NCBI RefSeq assembly: GCF_009914755.1
Contig: NC_060935.1
DNA from: the human T2T-CHM13v2.0 reference genome, Homo sapiens
Strand: one strand, 5' to 3'
DNA length: 64,000 nucleotides
Positions within the stretch are counted from its first letter, which is position 1; each line of letters opens with the position of its first letter. Below, one piece after another: positions 1-13,444 of this stretch. The notes beneath the pieces are model-generated. The model saw nothing but the letters and a program-made list of their open reading frames with translations, was not told the DNA's origin and made no database searches. Both the position numbers and the translations under genes were made by a program.

Positions 1-1316
1 AAGCAACATTCTTTAAATAAAAACATAAATATATTAAAGTACTTTATTTGGGTTGGAAAATATGAACCATGTTAACACTAGTTAAAGAAAGATTAATTTT
101 TCTATATCCACACTAGAAAAAGTGGATTTCAAAGAGAAATATAATAAAGTATCACCCTTTCAAATAAAAACCTGAAGACTAGATGTGAGCTTTATATATT
201 TCAGCAAATAATTGAGTAATTTATCTCTGAAAATAAAGTTATCTTATAAATATCATTATCTAACTGACATAAGTTGCAAAAAAAAAAAAAAGAAAATGCA
301 AAGGATGTATGTGTCAAGAATAATAGTACAGTTACAAAGAAAGACACCAAGTTAATTCCCTGATAAATATTTGCTTGTGGTATATAAATCATAATACAGA
401 AGGATAAAAATGATTCAGCATAATTCATATTTTCTTTCTTCAGTACATTAGGTCCCATGAACTTAAACATACAAGCTTATGGGATTGTCAATAAATCAAA
501 AGATTATCTTTCCCTTTGTAGTACAAGAAATGAATTTCAATGGGAACCAGAAGATACTAGACATAGATGGAACACTTGCAATATTTATGCCAAAACATTG
601 TCTAAAAGCATAACCAAATTATTTCTGAAGATTATTACTGAAGGTTTACCCAATAATATCCTTATACTTTGATACTCTCACACATGAAAGATCTCCACAC
701 TGGCATATCATTTCCGCTTTGGTTTTATAAGCTAAATCTTTTTATTCATTGAAACACTTATTTGAGAATTAGGTCAAGAGACACAGTTCTTGCAAAATCT
801 TACTATTATGGCTATAGGCATTCTGGTATACACCCCATCTTTTTTTAAAAAAAATGCTTAAGATCTTAAACTATGAATATGTAACTTTTTTTGCTTCTCT
901 CTGTGGGTTACATTTTGGTATCACTCTATGTATTTTCAAAAGAATCTTCTTGCATCTTCCTGCAGTTTATAATGGAATACTACAAGTCTCACACTTGGTG
1001 AAAACACATTTAGAGAAATTAAATAATTTCTACAATGTAAAACAGTCAGTATTTGACAGAGCTGAAATGAAAACTTATTTATTTACTCAACAAAACTTTA
1101 TTGAATGGCTAGTACATTCCCATCACTGTTCTTGATTTTCAGGCTACATCAATAAATAAAATGAAAAAAGAGGAAAATAAATCCTGCCCTTTGAAATGTA
1201 GATCTGTCTAATGGGGAATCACATGATACTATTACTGTCTCGTATAGCTTCTTCATCAAAGAAAGGTGAAGTTTTCAATTTATTTCCTTGAACATGGTGT
1301 TCAATGATGTATTTGA

Positions 1317-1965
1317 TATTTCTGTGAAAATGCTGCTAGAATTTTGATAGGGATTACATTGAATCTATAGATCATTTTGGGCAGTTCTTAGTCATTTTGT
1401 GTTGCTATAAAGAAATATGTGAGGCTGAGTAATTTACAATGAAAAGAGGCTTATGTCGTTCACAGATTTGCAGGCTGTACAAGAAGCATGGCACTAGCAT
1501 CTGCTTCTGGTGAGTTCCTAAGACTCCTTCCAGTCAGGGCAGATGGAGAAGGACAGCCAATATATGCAGGGATCACATGGCAAAAAAAGAAGCAGTGGAC
1601 GGGGAGATACCAGCCTTTTTTAATGTTTTTATTTTAACAACCAGCTTTCACAGGAACTAATAGAGCAAAATCTCACTCATTACCACAAGGATGGCACCAA
1701 GCCATTAACTAGGATTCCACCCCCACTACTCAAACACCTCCCGTTAGGCCCTATCTCCCATATTGGGGATCAAATTTCAACGTGAGGTTTGGGGGAAAAT
1801 ATCTCCAAACTGTAGCAGGGAGTATGGGCATTTTTAATAATAATAAGTCTTCTAATTCATGAACACAGGAGATATTTCCATTAATTTGTATATTCTCCAA
1901 TTTATTTTATCAATGTCATAGTTCTCAGAGTACAAATCTTTTACCTCCTTGGGTAAATTTATTCT
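1317..1965 (-). mobile_element. LINE-1 (L1MA-type) ORF2 segment, inverted 5' part of a twin-primed insertion, interrupted by an MST LTR
   Basis: The reverse complement reads as L1 ORF2 RT-region DNA (agaataaatttacccaaggaggtaaaagatttgtactctgagaactat...gatctatagattcaatgtaatccctatcaaaattctagcagcattttcacaga). ORF 1852..2055 contains INLPKEVKDLYSENY, typical of L1 ORF2. Confidence 0.85.
1385..1817 (-). mobile_element. ERVL-MaLR solo LTR (MSTA/MSTB-like)
   Basis: MST motifs (gctataaagaaata..tgaggctg, gcaggctgtacaagaagcatggcac, caaatttcaacgtgaggtttgg, ccaaactgtagca). Degenerate 5-bp TSD ggcag/gggag. Confidence 0.85.
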
Positions 1966-3573
1966 TAAAATTTGTATGGAACCAAAAAGACCCAAAATAG
2001 CCAAGGCATTCTTGAGGAAGAATAAAGATGGAAGCATCACACATTTCAATTTCAAACTCTATTGTAAAGCCATAGTAATCAAATCAGTATGGTACTGTCA
2101 TATAAACAGACACATAAACAAATGGAACAAAACAGAGAGTTCAGAAATACACCCATGTGTATGGAGCCACGAATATTTGAGAAGGGTACCAAGAATACAA
2201 ACTAAGGAAAGTAAATTTTTTTTCAATAAATGATATTGGAAAAACTGGATGTCCATGTATTAAAAAACCAAGGGGATTGGGTTCCTGTTTTACATCACTC
2301 CCCCCAAAATTATTCAAAATGGATTCAAGACTTAATTACATGACCTGAAATTTTTAAAACTCCTAAAAATGAGAAAAAAACTCTTTGACATTGATCCTGA
2401 CAATGACTTTTGGATATAACATCAAAAGCACAGACAACATAAAAATAAATAAATTGGATTATATCAAACTAAAAAGCTTCTGCTCTGCAAAGGAAACAAT
2501 TAACAAAATGAAAAGGCAACCCGTAACATGAGAAAAAACATTTGGAAGCCGTGTATTTGATAATGTGTTAATATCTGAAATACATAAGAAAATTATACAA
2601 CACTGTAGCAAACAAACACACACAAAAACAATAAATATTCAGATTACAAAATGATCAAAGGACTCATATAAAGAAAACATACAAATGGGCAACAGGTATA
2701 TAGAAATGTTTCTAATATCACTAATTATCAGGAAAATGCAAATTAAAATCACAATGAGATGTCACTTCACACTTAAGAGGATGAACATTATCAAAAAGAT
2801 AAGAGATAACAAGTGTTGGAGAGGATGTGGAGGAAAGAAAACTTCTGTACACTGCTGGTGGGAATGTAAATTGGTACATTTGGAAAACAATTTAGAGTTG
2901 TGGAAAACATTATAAAGGCTCCTGAAAAAATTATAAAGATCTACAATAAAGCCCAGCAATCGTAGTTCTGGGTATATCTTCAAAGGCAATGTAATCAGTA
3001 TCTCAAAGAAATATCCACACTCCCATGTTCATTGCAGCATTATTCACAATAGCCAAAAAAATGGAAACAATTTATGTGTCTGCTGCTGAATGAGAGGATA
3101 AACAGAATGTGGTGTGTGTATACAATGAAATATTATTCAGCCTTAAACAAGAAAGAAATCCTTCCATTTGCAAGAATATGCATAAACATGGCAGGCATTT
3201 ATGCTAAGTGAAGTAAGCCAGTTGGAGAAAAGCTAACACTGTATGATCTCGCGTACATGTAAAATCTTAAAATGTCAAACTCAGAAAGCAGAACTGTGGT
3301 TGCCAAGGGATAGGGAGTGGGGAAAACTGTGAGATGTTGGTAAAAGGGTATAGACTTTCAGTGATGTGTAGAATATATTCCATGGATCTAATGCATAGTG
3401 ACTATAATTAATAATACTGTATTGTATACTTAAGTACTCTTCCTCCATTAAGGAGTACAATGTGATTATTTGATATTGGTATATATTGTGAAATGAACAC
3501 AACAATCAAGTTAGCCCATCTATCACCTCATGCAGTTACAATTTTATTAGTCAATTACACCTCAATAAAGCTG
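1966..3573 (+). mobile_element. LINE-1 3' part (ORF2 C-terminus and 3'UTR), L1MA8-10-like
   Basis: ORF 1949..2233 (LKICMEPKRPKIAKAFLRKNKDGSITHFNFKLYCKAIVIKSVWY) and 2685..2915 (LIIRKMQIKITMR...NKCWRGCG) are decayed L1 ORF2. The 3' end gtcaattacacctcaataaagctg is typical of L1MA. Confidence 0.9.
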
Positions 3574-3604
3574 TATTGGGGAAAAGAAAGATTGTACTTG
3601 ATGT

Positions 3605-4403
<799 letters not shown>

Positions 4404-4546
4404 ATATGTTACTCAAGCAAAAACACTCTGAATTAACAATTATGAATAATATTTTAAGAAAGTCTACTGGGGTAGTGAAATGGCATGTAGACACAGGATT
4501 GCCTGATCTGCCAGCATGGAGATCACCTGTATGACCTGGTATACAC

Positions 4547-5059
4547 TGCCGAGACTGGCTCAGTCGGGGAGACCCTAACCCAGCGGCGCTAGAGGAATTA
4601 AAGACACACACACAGAAATATAGAGGTGTGAAGTGGGAAATCAGGGGTCTCACAGCCTTCAGAACTGAGAGCCCTGAACAGAGATTTACCCACGTATTTA
4701 TTAACAGCAAGCCAGTCATTAGCATTGTTTCTATAGATATTAAATTAACTAAAAGAATCCCTTATGGGAAACTAAGGGATGGGCCGAATTAAAGGAATAG
4801 GTTGGGCTAGTTAACTGCAGCAGGAGTATGTCCTTAAGGCACAGATCGCTCATGCTATTGTTTGTGGCTTAAGAATGCCTTTAAGCGGTTTTCCACCCTG
4901 GGAGGGCCAGGTGTTCCTTGCCCTCATTCCAGTAAACCCACAACCTTCCAGCGTGGGCTTTATGGCCATCATGAACATGTCACAGTGCTGCAGAGATTTC
5001 GTTTATGGCCAGTTTTGGGGCCAGTTTATGGCCAGATTTTGGGGGGCTTGTTCCCAACA
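4547..5059 (-). mobile_element. MER9 solo LTR (HERV-K HML-3)
   Basis: 513 bp, TG...CA ends, MER9 sequence (ggggagaccctaacccagcggcgctagaggaattaaagacacacacacagaaata), perfect 6-bp TSD ATACAC (4541-4546/5060-5065) as expected for betaretroviral integration. Confidence 0.92.
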
Positions 5060-5585
5060 ATACACTTACGTTCATCATCATTCCTGGGAAATAAACTCCT
5101 GATATTCTTCCACTAAGTAAATTAGTAATTTTTATTTTTTTCCTCAATAATAACTTTTGAATGATAATTCCTACATCTGTAGTAAAATGTGGCATCCCTT
5201 GAAGAAATGGATAGACAAACTACAATGAGGAGAAGGAGCTCAGGAAAGGGGTGTTGATTGCACAGCAAAAACAATCAACCTGTGTATTAGGTAAATCTCT
5301 TTTGAGTAAAACCCTCAGAAATCCCATCTGATCTATCTCAGAAACAAAGAAAAAACATGTGAGGTAAGTCTGTCCTCAGGTGCTCTTGCAATGTCAGTTA
5401 CTTATTGTTCTCCATGTCCTCAATTGGATATCTTCTCTCTGGCTTTCTTCTACATAAAGCGTTCTCTATACAGCACTCTCTATTTTATGGGAAATGTGAC
5501 CACTTGGAACGCTAGCTTTATGCAGTAGTTATAGCTCTTACTCTCAGAGGGAGTGGATGCTAACAGTCAAATTATAAAAAGGAGA

Positions 5586-5885
5586 GGCCAGGCATGGTGG
5601 CTAATGCCTGTAATCCCAGCACTTTGAGAGGCTGACATAGGCAGATTGCCTGAGGTCAGGAGTTCAAGAACAGCCTGGCCAACATGGTGAAACCCTGTCT
5701 CTACTGACAATACAAAAATTAGCCAGGTGTGGTGGCAGGCACCTGTAATCCTAGCTACTCAGGAGGCTGAGGCAGGAGAATTTCTTGAACCTGGGAGCCT
5801 GGGAGGTGGAGGTTGCAGTGAGCCAAGATCGCAGCATTGCACTCCAGCTTGGGCGACAAGAATGAGACTTTGTCTCAAAAAAAAA
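5586..5885 (+). mobile_element. AluS (Sq/Sx-like)
   Basis: Full Alu; TSD aaaaaggaga; small internal duplication cctgggag. Confidence 0.95.
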
Positions 5886-6069
5886 GGAGAACTTCAAATG
5901 AATAGAATTATGTATTTCATATTAACTTTAATATTTATGTTTAATTTTGAGTCTAAAATCTTAAACATATTATAAAATTAAGCAGTTTTTGAAGAGTTTT
6001 TTTCTTAATTTTAGTTCTGTTTGCTTCTGTTATTCTTACTATTTATTTAGCACTGGGTTATAGAGGCAG

Positions 6070-6244
6070 TGATACTTATTCATTTTTCCTATGTGTCAGA
6101 AACTACGATAAGCATTTACCTGCATTAATTACATTGCATTGACATGAAAGCCCTATAAGAAAAGTTCTATTATTAAAAACATTTAAAAAGTTAAGTCAGT
6201 CAATGTGTAAATGACTGTGCAAATGTTTGTAGCTGATAACCAGC
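6070..6244 (-). mobile_element. MIR fragment (continues briefly after 6653)
   Basis: Highly decayed antisense MIR core and 3' motifs, split by LTR47. Confidence 0.5.
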
Positions 6245-6653
6245 TGTTTTTTAGAGCACAGGTCTATGCAACACCTACCCCAAATTCAGAGGAAGCTGAG
6301 AGGCCAAAGAAAGAAGCTGAGAAATCCAGTTTCCAGAAATAAGTGTTTAATAGGGACTTATTAACAGAACGCTTGTCTGTGTCTTGGATGGCAGCGAGAC
6401 AAGATGGTGAATCTTGTCTAGGGCTTATATGCCACAGGAAATGTGGTTCAGAAGGGATGTATAGGATGTTATCCTACTGAAATAGGATAACATCAAGGTT
6501 GCTTGACCTGAGGGCATGTTTGATAGTAAGTACCTGCTGTTAGATAAAAAACAATAGGTTAATAGGAAACCTTAAGGACTTCCTGGAACTGGGGCTAGTC
6601 AGAAACCAACATGGCAAATTAGCATCCAAGATGGAGTTGCTTTAGCCTCCACA
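6245..6653 (-). mobile_element. ERVL solo LTR (LTR47-like)
   Basis: The reverse complement starts tgtggaggctaaagcaactccatcttggatgctaat; TG...CA ends; 5-bp TSD ccagc/tcagc. Confidence 0.8.
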
Positions 6654-6809
6654 TCAGCTAAGATGTGAACCTGGAAACTGAGCTTCTCTCAGGCACTATG
6701 CTATCTTTCTGTCTGTTAATATAGTAGGGAAAAATTAGACAACATTACAATGCTTATTCAAAATTCTATACATATGACTTTATTCTTACTGAAGACTGTA
6801 CTTTTTAAA

Positions 6810-7000
6810 ATGGCATGGTATAATAAAAGATCCCAAAGACTAACAGTGACACATGAATTCAAACTTCAACTCCACCACTCTCTAGCTGCAAAAATTTAGG
6901 TACTCAGCTCAACTTCTGTATACATGAGTTTCATAAAACATAAAAATGGAATAATATCTACATCAGAATATTTCATGAGGATTAAGTGAAATAGCCAATT
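6810..7000 (+). mobile_element. MIR
   Basis: Core-like ttcaaacttcaactccaccactctctagctg...aaaatggaataatatctac...gaggattaagtga. Confidence 0.65.
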
Positions 7001-7109
7001 GCTTAGATAGTAGGGAGATTATACAGTAGTGAGGAAACAACATGAATTTTACACAAATATAATTTTACAGGTAAAATGTAAAACTTGCTTGTTTAAAGTT
7101 ATTAGCAAG

Positions 7110-7670
7110 CTTCTGAAACAGGAAAGAAATTCTCACATTCCTCTGGAATGTAAAATGGTATAACCACTTTGGAAAACTGTTTGCTGATATTATAAAAACA
7201 CAAATATATACCTATCACATGGCCCACAGAGTCTACTATGTATTTACCTAAAAGAAATGCTTTGTTTACAGGAGCCCCAAATTGGAAACAACCTAAATTT
7301 CTATTAACAATTGAATTGATAAACAATGTTATATCTATAGAAGAGAGGAAATGTAAGGCAATTAGCTATTGATAAACACAATAACATAAATGAATCTCAA
7401 AATCATTATACTGAGTGAAAGGAGCCACATATGTAGCAAATACACAATAATTTCTAGTGACAAGAAGCAGATCAGTTTTGCCTGCAACTAAAAGCTGAGG
7501 GAGGAATGAACCATAAAGAAATATGGGGATCCTTAGAAGGTGAAGGAAATTTTATGTGTCTTGAGTGTGGTTATGGTTTTATGGGTATATACATCTGTCA
7601 ACTTTAGCAAACTGTACACTTTAAATGGAAGCAGTTTATTGTGTAAATTATATCACAATAAAGTTAATTT
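7110..7670 (+). mobile_element. Old LINE-1 (L1MC/ME-type) 3' end
   Basis: ggaatgtaaaatggtataaccactttggaaaac...aatctcaaaatcattatactgagtgaaagg...tgtaaattatatcacaataaag. Confidence 0.75.
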
Positions 7671-8134
7671 TAAAGATGAAGAAACATTTAATGTGCATGG
7701 ATTGAAGGACTCAGTATTTTAAAGACATAAATTCTCTCCAAATTTATCTGTAGATTAAAATGCCTTTCAAATAAAATAACCAGATTTGTGTGTATGTATA
7801 TGTGTGCAATACACGTGTGTGTGTGTGAAAAGACTCTGAATCTAAAAGTTATACAGAAATTTATGCAAAGGACACAGAATAACTAAGGCAATACTGAATA
7901 ATGAAGTTAGAGGACTATCATATAAATGTCCACTTTACATAATGCTATAGTAAGAATTAAAATAGTGTGGTGTTGACATACAGATAAGCACATTGACCAA
8001 TGTAACTGTGGAGAAAATCTAGAACTGGACTCACTTAGATGTCAGTGATCTCTTTATTTTTTGCAGGAAACACTGCAATTCAGTGGGGAAAAATGGTATT
8101 TTCAATAAATGGTGTAAGTTTTAATAAATATTCA

Positions 8135-8500
<366 letters not shown>

Positions 8501-8695
8501 CTATAGGTGATTTGTAGATCTAAATGTGGAAAAAACAATAAAACTTTTAGAAAAAAATATAAAAATACTCTTACTATTTTAAGGTAGCCAAAGTTTTTTT
8601 AATAAGAACAGAAAATATTCACTTAAAAAGAAAACTTGATAAAGAGGTGTATACTAAATTTAAAATGAATTCAAAGACATAATTAAGAGTGTCAC

Positions 8696-9728
8696 TATTG
8701 GGGGAACCCACCCCAAATATTTCAACATAAGTTATTTCTCTTTTCCATAAGTGTCGGCCAACTGAGAAATAAAGAGAGACAGTACAAAGAGAAGAATTTT
8801 ACAGCTGGGCCGCTGGGGGTGACATCACATATCGGTAGGACTGTGATGCCCACCTGAGTCTCAGACCAGCAAGTTTTTATTAAGTGTTTCAAAAGGGGAG
8901 GGGGTGTAAGAACAGGGAGTAGGTACAAAGATCACATGCTTCAAAGGGCAAAAAGTAGAACTACTAATAAGGGTCTAACAAAGATCACATGCTTCTGAGA
9001 GAACAGGACAAAGGGCAAAAGCAGAACTACTGATAAGGTCTATGTTCAGCGGTGCACATATTGTCTTGATAAACATCTTAAACAACAGAAAACAGGGTCT
9101 GAGAGCAGAGAACCGGTCTGACCACAAATTTACCAGGGCGGAGTTTTTCCCCACCCTAATAAGCCTGAAGGTACTGCAGGAGACCAGGGCGTATCTCAGT
9201 CCTTATCTCAACTGCATAAGACAGACATTCCCAGAGCAGCCATTTATAGACCTCCCCCCAGGAATGCATTCCTTCCCCCGGGTATTAATATTAATACTCC
9301 TTGCTAGGAAAAGAACTTAGTGAAATCTTCCCTACTTGCACATCCATTTATAGGCTCTCTGTAAGAAGAAAAATATGGCTCTTTTTGTCCGACCCCACAG
9401 GCAGTCAGACCTTAAGGTTGTCTTCCCTTGTTCTCTAAAAATCGCTGTTAATCTGTTCTTTTTCAAGGTGCACTGATTTCATATTGTTCAAACACACGTT
9501 TTACAATCAATTTGTAAGTTAACACAATTATCACAGTGGTCCTGAGGTGACGTACATCCTCAGCTTATGAAGGTAACTGGATTAAGAGATTAAAGTAAAG
9601 GCAGGCATAAGAAATTATAAAAGTATTATTTGGGAACTGATAAATGTCCATGAAATCTTCACAATTTATGTTCCTCTGCCATGGCTCCAGCCAGTCCCTC
9701 CATTCGGGGTCCCTGACTTCCCTCAACA
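8696..9728 (-). mobile_element. MER11 solo LTR (HERV-K HML-8)
   Basis: The reverse complement begins tgttgagggaagtcagggaccccgaatggagggactggctgg; internal aagatcacatgcttc repeats; perfect 6-bp TSD TGTCAC (8690-8695/9729-9734). Confidence 0.92.
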
Positions 9729-11631
9729 TGTCACAAGCAAGCTAATATGGGAGAAAATATTTCTAATGTATATATCTGTTAAAAGAACAATATTAAGGAT
9801 GTATAAATAATTTTATACCTAAATGTGAAAATGACAAATCAATAGGAAAAAATGGACAACATTCTTGCACAGATATTTAATTTTAAAAAATATCCAAATG
9901 TCCAGTAAACTTAGGAAAATATGTTTAACATTATATGCCATCATGGAAATGCAAACTAAAACTCCCAGAAAGACTAAAATGAATAAATAAGTTTGACAAT
10001 TCCAAATGTTAGTAAGCATCTTCATACTTTTCTGGTGAGAGTATAAATTGAGACAGCCACTTTAGGAAACTCTTTGGCAGTATATACTAAAACTGAATTA
10101 GCTCATAATTTAGGGCACAGTAATTCCATTCCCTGGTGTATATCTAAAAGAATTCCATACTTACATTCACCAAAATATTATACAAGTATGTTCATAGGAG
10201 CATTATTTGTAATAGACTGCAAATGGAAACAACCATAAATAATGGAAAGGATTATAATGAAATGGAATTCAGTAATGAAAGTAAATAAACTGCAATTACA
10301 TGCGGCAACATGGGTGGATTTCAAAAACAATATGTTGAGCAAAAGAAGTCAGGATACAAACATAGTACATAATACATAATTCCATTCACATAAAATTGAA
10401 GACCAGGAAACATTATTTAAATGTGCTGAAGTGAGAGTAATAGTTGCCTTTGTGTGTCTTGGTAACAGGGATGGGGAGTGAGGGTGACTTCTGGGATGAA
10501 GATGATGCTCTACTTTTTTTCAAAATTCATAATCAATTTTAAATTTATATGCCAACAATAAGCGTCTAAAAATAAAAAATTTAAAAGATATTACAATAGC
10601 ATCAAAATATTAATATTGCTTAATTCAGGCAATATTAATATTTCTTGTTACATGAGTGTGATCCTTTTTGGAAATCCATTGTACTGCACATCCAAGATAT
10701 GTACCCTTTTATTTATGCATGCTATACTTCAATAAAAAGGAAAAAAGATGAAAATAACACACATACCCGAAAAATCCCATTTATTTAAAAAATTACTTTC
10801 AGTTTCACAAATGTTTTATTCATTGCTAGAAATTTATTCATTGCTTGAAATTATCTGTGTAATTTAGGAGAACTCAGAGGAAAAAACCTCAGACTATTTT
10901 ATATTTGAATATTTAGCATAATTAAGTCAAGACACTGGGAAAAGTGAAGAAAATCAAAGGAAGAATGAATAGAAGTAGATACTGCATATAATGAGGAAAC
11001 ATTTCAGCCCCCAAGGTCTTAAAAAAATTGTTTAGAAATAAATTATCACAATAGAGAGTGATAATAACATAAGTTTCTATCTTGGAAAAAAATAAATGGG
11101 GATTAACAAATAAGTGTCAATTTTTATTTTTGTGTTCATGAATATATATAAATGTGTGATGTTAAACATGCCGCACACACAAACTTATGCCCCTCATACT
11201 TCCTAAAATGAATGTAGAGTCCTGAAATGTTGGTGTGTGAGTATTGAGTCATTTCTGCAGTGGTTAAAATTTTCTAAACAACATAGTTCAACTCCAACTT
11301 TGATGCCCTCATTAGTAATTTGAACATTTTAAGGCTATTTGGAAACAAGCCCTGGCTGAAAGCAATGGCTGATATTATTGACCTGCAAGTTCAAAGAAAG
11401 AAAAAACCCAATAATCATTCAGGGACTTACATTCTCTAGGACATACACCAATCACAACAAATGGCCTAGATCTCTTCAGAGAAGAAATAGAGAACTATTT
11501 TTTTATACATTTGCAGTAGCTTTTCAGGATCCTTTTTCATAATTAGACTCAGCTTCTCTTTGAATCAATAGGCTCTAGAGCTCAGGGCTATGGCGAGTTA
11601 TTTTTCATTCAGTGGCTGACAAGAGTTCTCA

Positions 11632-11846
11632 ATTTTTTCTTTCTCTTTTTCTTTTTCTTTCTTTTTTCCTTCCTTCCTTCCCTCTTTCTCCTTCCTTCCC
11701 CTCTCTCTCTCCCTCCCTTCCTCCCTTCTCTCTCTCCCTTTCTTTTTCTTTCTTTCTCTTTCTTTCTTCTCTTTCTTCTCTCTCTTTCTTTTCTTTCTTT
11801 CTTCTCTGTCTCTCCATCCCACCCTCTCTCTCCTCTCTTTCTTTTT
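11632..11846. repeat. Polypyrimidine/polypurine low-complexity tract (CT-rich)
   Basis: About 215 bp made almost entirely of C/T on the + strand (TTTC, TC and TTCC units). Confidence 0.95.
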
Positions 11847-12175
11847 ATTATACAAATCAATGCCATGGTTGGGTTAACAATACATTCTGTTCATAGGAAC
11901 TTTATTATCTATTAGCCATCATCCTAGATTCCTGCAGGTAAAGACAACCCTATTTTCCCTCTAGCCTCCATGTCAATTCAGTGTTGTCAATTGTAGTCTG
12001 CCATTCTGAGATTTTCTTCATCTCTATAATATTAGAAACACCAATTTCACTGTGGCATCTCTCACTATGAACCCCAGCCTTCAGAAACTAGGCAACTGCA
12101 AGCTTTTCCAACATGCTGATGCACAACTGCATTTCTTAAAATCTTACTAAAGGTACGATCTGTTAGGTCTACACT

Positions 12176-12280
12176 AAAAGTGTGGTTCTCATATCAGTAG
12201 CACAATCTCAAGTCCTACTCCAGATATATTGAATAAGAATTTGCATTTTAACAAAATCTCCAGGTACTTTGGGTGCACAT
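12176..12280. mobile_element. MER5A-like hAT-Charlie MITE (last ~20 bp resume at 13382)
   Basis: gaatttgcattttaacaaaatctccagg...gcacat, then taaagttgtagagccatt after the LTR. Confidence 0.7.
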
Positions 12281-13381
12281 TTAGGACTAAGCTCTGATTT
12301 TTTTTTTTTTTTCTTGTCTTGCCCAAATTCTTATCTAAGTGGTCTGGGGAGTCATGCCCTACAAAACATAAATTCTCATCAGATGGGTTTTTTTTAAGCC
12401 TATATATCACGACTTACCTTCCAATCTGACTCTGGCATAACATCATCTCACAAAGAAGAAAGTCAAAATATTTTACCCCAAAGCATGTTTCTTTTCCTTA
12501 TTTTGAAATGGCCCTGCAAAGTCATCCTTTGTGGGGGAAAATTTGCAGCTGTAAAGAATCTCTATTAAGCTTGCTAGATCTTTTTCTTACAGGCTCTCCC
12601 AATCCTGAGGAGAGTAACTAAGAGTCTAGCACTTTTTGAAGGTCTGAATAGGAAATATTTGTCATCTATTGTCTCTAAGGCAAGCCTCTATAAGTCTTCA
12701 CAAGAACTATTCTGAGCAAACTATCACAAGGACAGAAAACCAAACACTGCATGTTCTCACTCATAAGTGGGAATTGAACAATGAGAACACTTGGACACAG
12801 GGCGGGGAACATCACACACCAGGACCTGTCGTGGGGTGGGGGGAGTGGGGTGGGATAGCATTAGGAGATATACCTAATGTAAATGAGGAGTTAATGGGTG
12901 CAGCACACCAACACGGCATATGTATACATATATAACAAACCTGCACGTTGTGCACATGTACCCTAGAACTTAAAGTATAATACAAAAAAATAAATAAATA
13001 AATAAAATAAAATAAAATAAAATTTTAAAAAAAGAACCCTGGTCTCCAAAATCTTTTGTCTTAACCAGAACGTTTGCTTTCTATTGATCCCTGGTCTTTA
13101 GACAAACTCAAACAATTGTCAACCAGAAAATATTTAAATTTACCTGTATCCTGGAAGCCCCACACCCCCACTCCCCCAACCTTTAACTTGTCCCACCTTT
13201 CTGGACCAAACCAATGTATTTCTTAAACATATTTGCTTGATGTCTCATGCTGCACCCTGACCACCTTGGGCACGTGTTCTCAGGACCTCCTGAGGTCTGT
13301 GTCATGGGCCAGGGTCATTCATATTTGGCTCAGAATAAATCTCTTAAAATATTTTACAGAGTTTAACTCTTTTTGTTGACA
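12281..13381 (+). mobile_element. MER4-group ERV1 solo LTR (MER4D-like), split by an L1PA
   Basis: aggactaagctctgatttt...ggggagtcatgccctacaaa...ggctcagaataaatctctt...ttttgttgaca; 4-bp TSD ACAT. Confidence 0.85.
12709..13032 (+). mobile_element. 5'-truncated L1PA (L1PA4/5-like) 3' end
   Basis: gttctcactcataagtgggaattgaacaatgagaacacttggacacagg...cctagaacttaaagtataat plus an A-rich tail; TSD approximately aagaac. Confidence 0.92.
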
Positions 13382-13444
13382 ACATTAAAGTTGTAGAGCC
13401 ATTATTGTAAGCATTCCCTGAGAAACATGTTCAAGTGGTAGTAG

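Noticed and set aside
1-1300. AT-rich unique-looking sequence resembling a 3'UTR
   Set aside because: AATAAA and TTTATT motifs are expected by chance at this AT content; no linked exon.
11598-11896. Lys/Glu/Arg-rich and Phe/Leu/Ser-rich ORFs
   Set aside because: Translations of a CT low-complexity tract.
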